DNA of 64,000 nucleotides from Macrostomum lignano (Eukaryota): NCBI GenBank assembly GCA_002269645.1, contig NIVC01001390.1, positions 62,001 to 126,000 of the forward strand, read 5' to 3'. Shown piece by piece: positions 22,087 to 33,700 of this stretch (position 1 is its first letter; each line of letters starts with the position of its first letter). The notes under the pieces were generated by a model. It saw only the letters and a program-made list of their open reading frames with translations, ran no database searches and was not told where the DNA came from. The position numbers and the translations under genes were made by a program.

Positions 22087-22614
22087 GATTCAATTTGCAG
22101 GTAAGCAATCTTTTGAAGAAAAATAACAAGGACGAAAATTAGCTCGTAAAACGACAATATTTTAGTTTATATATATATGCTTCTTCTCTCGTTTGCGCGC
22201 ATCTCATGAATTTAGAAGGCCGAGCTCGCTAAGTAATCAAGGATTTTGTAACACGAAGCGATGCAAGAAATTATGTAAAAAAGACGGATTTAATTTTCCA
22301 TTAGGGTCCTGCAGTAGGCTGATATTTTGCGCTTCTGGCACAAAAGGCCAATACGTTTCTCTTTCTTCAAAGCCTTTCCAGTGCACAATGACGTACAAAT
22401 GACAATGACGTCCTTTGACTCAGTGCAAAGCTAAATATAGCAAATTTTCAAGAGTATAATATAAAAAGGGTCTCTTACTAAGTTTTACAACTAACTCTAC
22501 CTGCAAAAGAATGTGTCTGCTTAAACATATCAAACAAGAGCGGATAGGTTTCAAATTTTGGATTTTAAAGGTTTTTTTATGAGACATAGAGCATATGAGA
22601 CATAGTAGCACTCG

Positions 22615-23189
22615 AGGCTTTAGCACCAGTGGATTTAGCACCAGGGGCTTTAGCACCAGGGGCTTTAGCACCAGGGGCTTTAGCACCAAGGGGCTTTAGC
22701 ACCAGGGGATGTAGCACCAGGGGCTTTAGCACCAGGGGCTTTAGCACCAGGGGCTTTAGCACCAGGGGCTTTAGCACCAAGGTGCTTTAGCACCAGGGGA
22801 TGTAGCACCAGGGGCTTTAGCACCAGGGGATGTAGCACCAGGGGCTTTAGCACCAGTGGATTTAGCACCAGGGGCTTTAGCACCAGGGGCTTTAGCACCA
22901 GGGGCTTTAGCACCAAGGGGCTTTAGCACCAGGGGATGTAGCACCAGGGGCTTTAGCACCAAGGGGCTTTAGCACCAGGGGATGTAGCACCAGGGGCTTT
23001 AGCACCAGGGGCTTTAGCACCAGGGGATTTAGCACCAGGGGATTTAGCACCAGTGGATTTAGCACCAGGGGATTTAGCACCAGGGGATTTAGCACCAGTG
23101 GATTTAGCACCAGGGGATTTAGCACCAGGGGATTTAGCACCAGGGGATTTAGCACTAGGGGATTTAGCACCAGTGGATTTAGCACCAGG
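22615..23189. repeat. 15-bp (14/15) minisatellite (tagcaccaggggctt)
   Basis: Direct inspection; sits between two divergent precursor genes. Confidence 0.95.
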
Positions 23190-23784
23190 TAAGTCGTCAC
23201 GTCGGTATTTTCTATAATCTGTTCTTAGCCTGGAGGACGAAAATTAATACAATGAGTGTAGTGTGTTTTAATATTTTAAATACCACTTTCGGACTTCTTA
23301 TCACGACTTATTGATAAAGCTTTTATAAAAATCTGTTTTTTAAACATTATGCACTGTATCGTTAGCTCTCTGTCTTTCTCATTGCTCTTTAGCTGAAACC
23401 ACTGACTCTCTTGAGGTTGCACTCGCTAGAGAAAAAGAGAGCATCAAGCAATGCAAAAGTGTTTTTTTCAAATCCTGGAGTAAAAAAATGACGGAGATGA
23501 AAAAGCAAGGACAGAAAATCTGCAGAATCACGGTGTTGGCACTCTTGAGTGGGGGGGCAATGCACTGCTTAGCAGAATCACCGAAAATGCGAAACTAAAA
23601 ATCAAGGATTCATTTTATACTGTCATATCCTGCTATTTTCGTGTGGATGGCTTCGCGGGTCTCTCGGATGCGGCATTTCTATTAAAACCCGAAGAACTGA
23701 TCAGGCAACGCCCAAAACTCAATATTAAATTATATTTTCAAAAACTATCGCTAAAAATTTTACTAAAATCTCCAAAAGAAAGCC

Positions 23785-26700
23785 ATGCGCTTAATCTCTA
23801 TCGGCGGCCTTGCACTGCTGCTCGCTGTAGTCGCCTGTCAAGCAACAGATTTGGATGTCGAGGAGGCCAGAGAGTCTAAGGATGCTCTCCAGACTGCCAA
23901 TCTGCCCGCCTACGTTGGACCTCAAGAATTGGATGTGAGTAAACATCAATAAGGCATAAGACAAGTAGAAGTTTGCAAGTGGGCTGGTAGTCACCCTGAT
24001 GCAAAGCGCCAGACATGCACTCAGACACACGCTCACGCTCAATCATACATGCGCAACTGCTGGCCGACCTGGCCGATCTAGTCACCGTAAATTGTGGTGG
24101 ACCAGGGGTCGCAAAAATGCCCACCCCAAAGAATACAGACGTAGTACTAATTAGATGACTAGGCATTTAGCCCTTATAGAACAGTGATAGTTACTCCTGC
24201 CGTTTACCCAAAATTTGCGTTAATGTTGCTGTATGGTTTCTTTCACAGGTAAGTCACATTTTTTGGTCAAAAAGTAAATCGCATGGTCAGTGTAAATCAG
24301 GGGGGTTGCGCATGTATGCGCTCAATAGTACATTTTTGATACCGTAGCGCTCATTAGCTTTCATATTGGTTGTTATCGAATAACACGTAATACATTTACG
24401 AGATACCAGCTATATTGTCTGATTGTCTAAATTTATTCACCCCAACTAATTGAGTTAATTATTAATAATAATTTCAGAAACCACGAAGGCATCCAAAAAA
24501 ATTTTCTTTGTGCCATTCCTAGTCAAAGCCGCCGCTGCCGCTTTTGTTAAATTCAAAGCTGTCGCAGCTGCTGTCGTTAAATTCAAAGCTGTCGCCGCTG
24601 CCGCTGCAAAGACGCTGTTTGTAAAGCCGCTTGTGGCAGCCAAGACGTTCATCATCACAAAATTGAAGGCTGTACCGATAGTAAAGAAGATTCTTTTAAT
24701 AAAGTCTAAAATAGCTGCAAATTTGAAGAGCCTGTCGATTGTAAAAAAGCTTACAGCGTTAAAGACGAAAGTTTTTGCAAAGCTCAACGCACTGCCTGCT
24801 GTTGCAAAAATCAAAGGTGTACACGCCAAGATCACAGGCATTGTAAACAGGAACCCTGTTCTCAGAAAACTCGTTGACAAGTACGGCCCGGGAGTGTTGG
24901 ACAGGATTCCGGGACTCCGGAAGCTCAGAAGAATGGAGAAAAAAGTTCGCAAAGTTATCAAATCAATTTCGGGACTAAAGAAAATCAAAGCTGCCGATAG
25001 GTTAATTAAAAAAGCGATATCCAGAATTCCAGTCGTCGAGAAAGTCAACAGAATAACTGACAAGTTGTCAAAATATTTGGAACCTCTGAAGAGTATACAT
25101 GCCCTGAAAAAAATCCCCGGACTGAGGCACCTCGCCAATGGCCGAAATATCGAAACACTGATGAATGCTCTGAAGGTGTCCAGCTTTTCTGCACTTCAGC
25201 AGAAGCTAAAGCAGCTGAACTTCCGTGACCTAATGCGACGCCTTAAGGCTCAAAACCTGGCCACTTTGATGAAAAAGCTGAATTCGCCAAACCTCAATAA
25301 GCTAGTTCAAACGCTAAGTGTTACAAGCATTCCAGATTTATTAACTCAGGCAAGAATTGAGGGTGTATATGGGCTAATGAAAGAGTTAAATGTAAAGAAG
25401 CTGTCAGAACTGATGGAAAAAACGGGCTCCAAAAACCTAATGGCATTCTTGAAGCAACTCGGAATAAAAAGTTTGCGTGGCCTGAGACACGAACTACAAA
25501 TCAAATCTCTAACAGACCTCATAAATCAACTCGACGCCAAGAACCTACGTCAGCTTCTGAAGCGTTGTGGTTTGCGAACAGTGGGCACTCTAATCAAGGA
25601 AGCTGGCTTTGACGATCTTAAAGAGTTGATGACCAAGTTTAACATTACCGACGTTCCAAAGCTGATGGACCAGCTGGGGTCAAAGAGTCTGCACCAACTA
25701 TTACGAGAGGTCGGACTTCAGAACCTTAAGAGCTTGATGAAACAAGTACGCATTCCTGATCTTCAAGGTCTAATGAGTCAGCTGGGAATTTCGGATGTTC
25801 AAGGACTAATGAAGCAACTCGACGCTAAGAACCTACGTCAACTGCTGAAGCGTTGCGGTGTACGAACAGTGGGCGCTCTAATCAAGGAAGCTGGCTTTGA
25901 CGATCTTAAAGAGTTGATGACCAAGTTTAACATTACCGACGTTCCAAAGCTGATGGACCAGCTGGGGTCAAAGAGTCTGCACCAACTATTACGAGAGGTC
26001 GGACTTCAGAACCTTAAGAGCTTGATGAAACAAGTACGCATTCCTGATCTTCAAGGTCTAATGAGTCAGCTGGGAATTTCGGATGTTCAAGGACTAATGA
26101 ATCAACTCGACGCAAAGAACCTACGTCAACTGCTGAAGCGTTGCGGTGTACGAACAGTGGGCGCTCTAATCAAGGAAGCTGGATTTGACGATCTTAAAGA
26201 GTTGATGACCAAGTTTAACATTACCGACGTTCCAAAGCTGATGGACCAGCTGGGGTCAAAGAGTCTGCACCAACTATTACGAGAGGTCGGACTTCAGAAC
26301 CTTAAGAGCTTGATGAAACAAGTACGCATTCCTGATCTTCAATGTCTAATGAGTCAGCTGGGAATTTCGGATGTTCAAGGACTAATGAAGCAACTCGACG
26401 CTAAGAACCTACGGCAAATCGTTCGTAAAGTGGGTCTTCCAACTTTAAAGGCTTTCATGGAACAGACTGGTATCTGCAATGTTACGTCTCTGATGAAGCA
26501 GTTTCATATTTCAAATCTCTCCAGTCTGATTGTTGAGACGGGCAGCTCAAAACTAAGTGATCTTCTGCACACGCTTGGATTGAAAAGTGTCAAAAGTCTG
26601 ATGTCTGAACTTAATATTCGCAGTGTCTCTGATCTGATGGCACAGCTAAACATCAGAAGCATTAAAAGTCTGATGAAGCAACTAAATGCGGCTAGCATCC

Positions 26701-26786
26701 CGGAACTTCTGAAGCAAACTGGGATCAGAAGCGAGTCCAAATTGAATGCTGAGATAGCAAAAACTGCAGGAATCCACAAAGAGTAA
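23785..26786 (+). CDS. Secreted ~800-aa Lys/Leu-rich repeat protein (20-aa cationic amphipathic repeats plus ~44 12-aa helical repeats), unknown family
   Basis: Exon 1 23785-23934 MRLISIGGLALLLAVVACQATDLDVEEARES...ELD|gtgagt. Acceptor at 24477 precedes a 2.3-kb open frame ending at 26786. The junction is off by one base, so either a small missing exon or a homopolymer indel at ~24495-24505 is needed. Confidence 0.75.
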
Positions 26787-27742
26787 TTAAGAGCTCTTTG
26801 AATTACCGTGAACACCTGCTTAAAGAAATAAGTTTTAAAACGTTTATTGCTATTTTTGCGCTCATGAAGAAACTTTAAGAATCTTTAATGCAGGCCTTAA
26901 GTTTAAAATAAGTATATTTGTAGTAAATTTAGCATTATCGATACAGTCGGCTATGAACTAATTTTCCGAAAACTTCTTCAAGAACTAGAATTTTTTTGTC
27001 TTCAGCTGATAAAAGTAGAGCAGACCAAACTTTTGGTTTTAAACAGTTATTGTCGACGTTTTTTACTTGCTCTGTCGCCTTCTTAAATGCTTAGATCCTT
27101 AGATTTTAAAAAATTAAATAAACAGATTCCTTACGTAAGCTACTAGTTAGTAGCATCGCGAAAATTTTCAATCAATCAATAGCACTAAATGCAAATGCCG
27201 CCAATTTTTGTGAGTAAATTCCCGACGCGATCATAGGATTGGACATGAAACGCAGTCAGCCAATGAAAGTTCTCTTTCTCTCTGTCTGCCCCTCTGTCCC
27301 TCTCCAGTCACAATGTCCTCTCCCTCAGACGGCGAGGGTTTAAATCTAGCCTCCCCCCTAGCTACTATACGCATGTTTGCACGCGAAACTTGCGCAAGCC
27401 AACGACGCAACCGTTGGCAAACCCCTCACTGCCAACTCCCGCTATACATACGCATGCCATTATTAAATTGCTAGGCCAGCCCGTCCCTCAGACCCAGACA
27501 AAATCGAAGAGTTGTGTGCACGCCTGGATTTTTACAATTGTTTCAATCCCTCACTCAGCGCACAGTCCATGGTTTTGTGCACATATATTTGTACTTACTG
27601 TTAACTAAAGAGAACTTTATTGTTATTAGACCTCTGCTATCGACAATGAAATGAGAGGCAATCGACGGAGCTCAGCGTTAGCGAACTTCTGTGCAACGAG
27701 CTAACAATTAGCAAAGCACTTAAACCACTGTTTGATAAAACA

Positions 27743-30700
27743 ATGTTGGGCATTGCGCCGACGAGAACAACCAATATGGATCATGTTACGACAGATCCGG
27801 CTGTCAGGTCGATACCGGCTAAGTCAGCGACCCCGTCGAGCTCGGCAGTTTCGTCCAGTCATTCGCTGCCATCGTCAATCAATAGCAGCGCTTGGCAGGC
27901 AGCTTCGGAGGACTCGGTTCGGCTATGGATGAGTGAATTGCGTTGGTACGTTGAGTCCGACTGCTCAAATGTACTGCATAACAAGGCTATACCGCAGCAG
28001 CAGCAGCTGCAACACCAAAGCATTTTAAGGCATCAAAATTGTTTGCCGGCGTCACCCAGAGGTGAGTTCGTAGCCTGGTGGCTTTTGCTTCCTTCGATTA
28101 GTAATCAATAGAAATCCATTCTTGTTTCCAAACAAGGAGTGCTAAATTACAAGCTAGGAGTGCCCAATTCCAAACTAGGAGTGCTCAGTTCCAAACTAGG
28201 AGTGCTCAGTTCCAAACTAGGAGTGTTCAATTCCAAACTAGGAGTGCCCAATTCCAAACTAGGAGTGCTCAATTCCAAAACTAGGAGTGCCAATTCCAAA
28301 ACTAGGAGTGCCCAAGTCCAAAACTAGGACTGCCCAATTCCAAAACTAGGACTGCCCAATTCCAAAACTAGGACTGCCCAATTCCAAACCAGGAGTGCCC
28401 AATTCCAAAACTAGGAGTGCCCAAGTCCAAAACTAGGAGTGCCCAATTCCAAACTAGGAGTGTCCAATTCCAAACTAGGAGTGCCCAATTCCAAACTAGG
28501 AGTGCCCAATTCCAAACTAGGAGTGCCCAATTCCAAACTAGGAGTGCCTAATTCCAAACTATAGGAGTGCTAAATTCCAAACTAGAAGTGCCAAATTCCA
28601 AACTAGAGTGCCAAATTCCAAACTAGGAATGCCCAATTCCAAACTATAGTGTCCAATTATAAACTAGAGAGTGCCCAATTCAAAACTAGGAGTGCCGAAT
28701 TCCAAACTAGGAGTGCCCAATTCCAAACTAGGAGTGCCCAATTCCAAACTATAGGAGTGCTAAATTCCAAAACTAGGAGTGCCCAATTCCAAACTAGGAG
28801 TGCCCAATTCCAAACTAGGAGTGCCAAATTTCAAACTAGGAGTGCCCAATTGCAAACTATAGGAGTGCCCAATTCCAAACTAGGAGTGCCCAATTCCAAA
28901 CTAGGAGTGCCCAATTCCAAACTAGGAGTGCCAAATTCCAAACTAGGAGTGCCCAATTCTAAACTAGGAGTGCCCAATTCCAAACTAGGAGTGCCCGATT
29001 CCAAACTAGGAGTGCCCAATTCCAAACTATAGGAGTGCTAAATTCCAAACTAGGAGTGCCCAATTCCAAACTAGGAGTGCCAAATTCCAAACTAGGAGTG
29101 CCAAATTCCAAACTAGAGTGCCAAATTCCAAACTAGGAATGCCCAATTCCAAACTATAGTGTCCAATTATAAACTATAGAGTGCCCAATTCAAAACTAGG
29201 AGTGCCCAATTCCAAACTAGGAGTGCCCAATTCCAAACTAGGAGTGCCCAATTCCAAACTAGGAGTGCCCAATTCCAAACTAGGAGTGCCCAATTCCAAA
29301 CTAGGAGTGCCCAATTGCAAACTATAGGAGTGCCCAATTCCAAACTAGGAGTGCCCAATTCCAAACTAGGAGTGCCCAATTCCAAACTAGGAGTGCCCAA
29401 TTGCAAACTATAGGAGTGCCCAATTCCAAACTAGGAGTGCCCAATTCCAAAGTAGGAGTGCCCAATTCCAAACTAGGAGTGCCCAATTGCAAACTATAGG
29501 AGTGCCCAATTTCAAACTAGGAGTGCCCAATTCCAAACTAGGAGTGCCCAATTCCAAACTAGGAGTGCCCAATTCCAAACTAGGAGGGCCCAATTCCAAA
29601 CTAGGAGTGCCCAATTCCAAACTAGGAGTGCTCAATTCCAAACTAGGAGTGCTACATTTCAAACTAGGAGTGCCCAATTCCAAACTAGGAGTGCTAAAGT
29701 CGAAACTAGGAGTGCCCAATTCCAAACTAGGAGTGCTACATTTCAAACTAGGAGTGCCCAATTCCAAATCAAATAAAAATAAAGAAAACACGACTAATTG
29801 GCGAATCTGAGCTAAGTTGAAGCAAAATTTGAGTCCTTTCTATAGCTTAGAAAAATACAAACTTCCCCGGTTTGAAAGTTTCAAAAGTTCCACAGCGAGC
29901 ACTCACCCCACCCCGTTCTCCATGTGTCCTCAGCTCACCCAGCTCTTACTGGTTTTGCACCAAAAAATAGGGAAAAAAAGTTTTTTTGTTTCCCCTCGCT
30001 GATCTGCCTTCCCCCCTTTCGAGCTGAGCGTGCAATGCAATCGATCTTCTGCCAAAGAGGACTTTTTGGTCATACAAATTATTAAAACTAAGTTCTCCTT
30101 CCCACAGTCGGGTTTTGCCCGAGACCTCCCGGATCTTGGCTTCCCAGTCAAGTCGAGGGTCGCGTATGATTAACAAAATCGAATTCCGGGTTCCGGAGGG
30201 GAACAGAGAGACAGAGCAGTGCGAGAGAAAGAAGTTCCTGATAGCAGCTCCCAATATTTTTTGGCCTGGTTTGGCCAAGTTTCGCATAAATTTATCTTAC
30301 TTCGATTTTAACAAAATTACATACCAATATAGTCATCCTCTGCCTATGTTTTTTTAGTTAGATTTGGTTTAGGTTTGGCCTTAGTTTGCTCATAAATCAT
30401 TGCTGGTCGAAGCAAAAAAGAAGAACGAAAGATAAAAGTGGTTAAAGTTGGTTGGCAAAAGGCTGGTAGATGGGGTGTTCGAATATTGTAGAATGATCAC
30501 AGCAGCTAATAGATAACCGGTGAATCACAGGTAGAGTAGCTAGTAGATAACCGGTGAATCACAGATAGAGTAGCTAGTAGATAACCGGTGAATCACAGGT
30601 AGAGTAGCTAGTAGATAACCGGTGAATCACAGGTAGAGTAGCTAGTAGATAACCGGTGAAACACAGGTAGAGTAGCGAGTATATCAATGTTTCCATTCTC

Positions 30701-33700
30701 ACTGGCAACTCAAAAACCATCACTCAATCATCCTAACAATTTCAGTGTCAATCGAGATGTTAGAATTGAATTCTCGGAAGCTGCTGGCCGACTTCAATGC
30801 AATTCTAGTGTGAGTATGCTTTGCTGATCTATTTGATATATTTTTTCTGGGTCAGAAAGTGTCTGTCTGCAAGTGCGGCTTTGCTATTAAATTTTAATGA
30901 CATGAAAAACTTTCCTTCTCACCTGGTAAAAGGTGGCTAGGATTTCTAAAAAAATTTCCCAGCTCCTGGCCACTGTTAAAAGCTTCATCTGCAGCATCCC
31001 ATTCAGAGTCGTCCCAATCTCATTCTTTTTCCTTCAGCCCCTAATGAGGGCCGCGCATTTTGTTAGAGCCTCCCAACTCACGCTGACTGGGCTCACGCGG
31101 CCTGACAGGGCTGCATCGTGAGCCCTCACCAATTAGGGAGGGTGAGACGTCTTAGGGAAACATTTTGCTGTCAGCTTCACATGCCTGCTCACTCATTGAC
31201 CCCATCTCATTTCAAGCTGTGTGTTCGTTTTTATAAGCAGCTCACTCATGATGTCACTCATGAACTCACTCATGAACTCACTCATAATCTCACTCATGAA
31301 CTCACTCATGAACTCACTCATGATGTCACTCATGAACTCACTCATGATGTCACTCATGAACTCATTCATGAACTCACTCATGAACTCACTCATGAACTCA
31401 CTCACTCAGAAACTCACTCATGAACTCACTCACTCAGAAACTCACTCATTAACTCACTCACTCAGAAACTCACTCATGAACTCACTCACTCAGAAACTCA
31501 CTCATGAACTCACTCATGAACTCACTCATGAACTCACTCATGAACTCATTCATGAACTCACTCATGAACTCACTCATGAACTCACTCACTCAGAAACTCA
31601 CTCATGAACTCACTCATGAACTCAATCATGATCTCACTCATGAACTCACTCATGAACTCACTCATGAACACAATCATGAACTCATTCATGAACTCACTCT
31701 TGAACTCACTCTTGAACTTACTCATAAAATCTCATGAACTCGCTCATAAGCTCGGCGAATAGATCTCTACCCTTGGCCATGTAGAAAAGAGTTGTGATAT
31801 TTTTCCAGATTTTTTTGTGGATTAGCCATGCCAACGAAGTGGCTGCCCTTCTTTTCTTTGTGGTTTCCTGGCAAAGCTTCAGTGTGTGCAAAGATCGAGA
31901 GGGTGGAAAATTGGCTTGCAAAAAAGCGAAGCCGCACTGAGGCTCTTACTCCGGCCTGCCCGCTCCGGCCCTCTTCTAGTAGGCCTCCCAATTAAGAGTC
32001 ATTAATAATTTACTACCCCATGCTGGTCGCCTTTTTTCCTATCGGCCTTGACTACGAAGCTTATTTGGCTGAGCATATCCGCCAGACTTATTTCCCTGCT
32101 CATATATTCTTGCTCAAGTAAATTTGGGATTTTGGTACTTAATCTCGGATAGGCTGCGCCTTCTTGTTATATATATTATAGTTATCTATGTTGATTTATG
32201 CAGGCTGGGTTTCACATTTTTTTAGTAGAATTTGAAGGGAGCATTGGAGTGAGATCTGCCATGTAGGACTATGAAAATATATTACAAAGATAAGTTAGTT
32301 CCAGTTGATTGATAATATATAGATAGTAGCTACTTCCGGTTGATTGATAATATATAGCAGCTTCTTCCGGTTGATTGATAAGTAGATAGCTACTTCTGGT
32401 TGATTTATAATCGGTAGTAGCTACTTCCGGTTGATTTATAATAGGCAGTAGCTACTTCCGGTTGATTGATAATAGGTAGTAGCTACTTCTGGTTGATTGA
32501 TAAGTAGCTAGCTATTTCCGGTTTATTTATAATAGGTAGTAGCTAATTCCAGTTGAATTATAATAAGTAGTAGATACTCCCGGTTGATTTATAATTAGCT
32601 AGCTACTTCCGGTTGATTGATAAGTAGCCACTTCCGGTTGACAGATGGCAAATAGTGTCTATTTTCAGATGATCAGGTAGCTATCTACTTCCGGTCGCTA
32701 GGTGGTTATCTACTTCCGGTCGCTAGGTGGTTATCTACTTCCGGTTGCTAGACGGTTGTCTACTTCCGGTTGCTAGATGATAGCGTCTATCTATTGCGTT
32801 TTAGCAAATATCAGAATCCCTACCAGTAAAAAGTACACATAACTTCCATATCTGAGAAATATTTCAACTTCGTGGCAGCTGAGTCGGAACTTTAAACCGG
32901 CTCATGCATCCCTCTCAACGGATGGTAGCATTTGTTGAAGCACCTTTCACTGGCTTGCTTTTTTCTTCTTGGTCGATTTTTTAAATGTGAGAAGCGACAG
33001 TCAGTTTTACATCTTAGCCAGATCTGCTGGCGTCTAAAAATGTAAAAACTGTCTAGTCAGGCATCTTCTTATATTCGTACTTGGACTAGAACCAGGGCAA
33101 TAATATGCCTAAGCGCGTGAGCCGCTGCGTGAAACTGAACATGTTTAGCATGTTTTTCGTGACAGCTCGCCAAACCAAACACATACGAAGGGAGAAGAAT
33201 TTGCAATTGCAATCAAATTTATCAGCTGGATTTTCTCTGGGTGTTCTCTCTCGCCGGTTGTGTGTTTCTTGTCAAAGCATCCGGGGTTTGGCGTGCAGCT
33301 GTCCGTCTGTCTGCTTCTGCTTGTGTTTTTCTTCCGCCTAAAAAGCTGATCGAAAATCTCCTCGCGTAAAATATTGCCCTGCTTTTAGTCCAGCTAATCT
33401 CTGGTGCTCTCCTCCTCTCCCTCCGCTCTCCTCGCTCTTTCCTCCGCTCTCCTCCGCTCCCCTCCACTCTTCCCGCTCTCCTCCTCGCTCTCCTCCGCTC
33501 TCTTCTTCTCACTCTCTTCCTCGCTCTCCTCCTCGCTTCTCCTCCGCTCTCTCCTCGCTCTCCTTCCCGCTCTCTCCTCCGCTCTCTCCTCACTCTCTCC
33601 TCCTTGCCTCCTCCGCTCTTCTCCACTCTCTCCTCGCTCTCCTCCTCGCTCTCCTCCGCTCTCTTCTCCACTCCTCCTCGCTCTCCTCCGCTCTCTCCTC

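Noticed and set aside
22229-22350. Defensin-like Cys spacing (CNTKRCKKLCKKDGFNFPLGSCSRLIFC)
   Set aside because: Lacks the final CxC, has no signal peptide or convincing splice sites, and lies in the upstream region of the minus-strand gene; probably chance.
24455-25138. 227-aa hydrophobic minus-strand ORF
   Set aside because: Antisense shadow of the Lys-rich plus-strand ORF.
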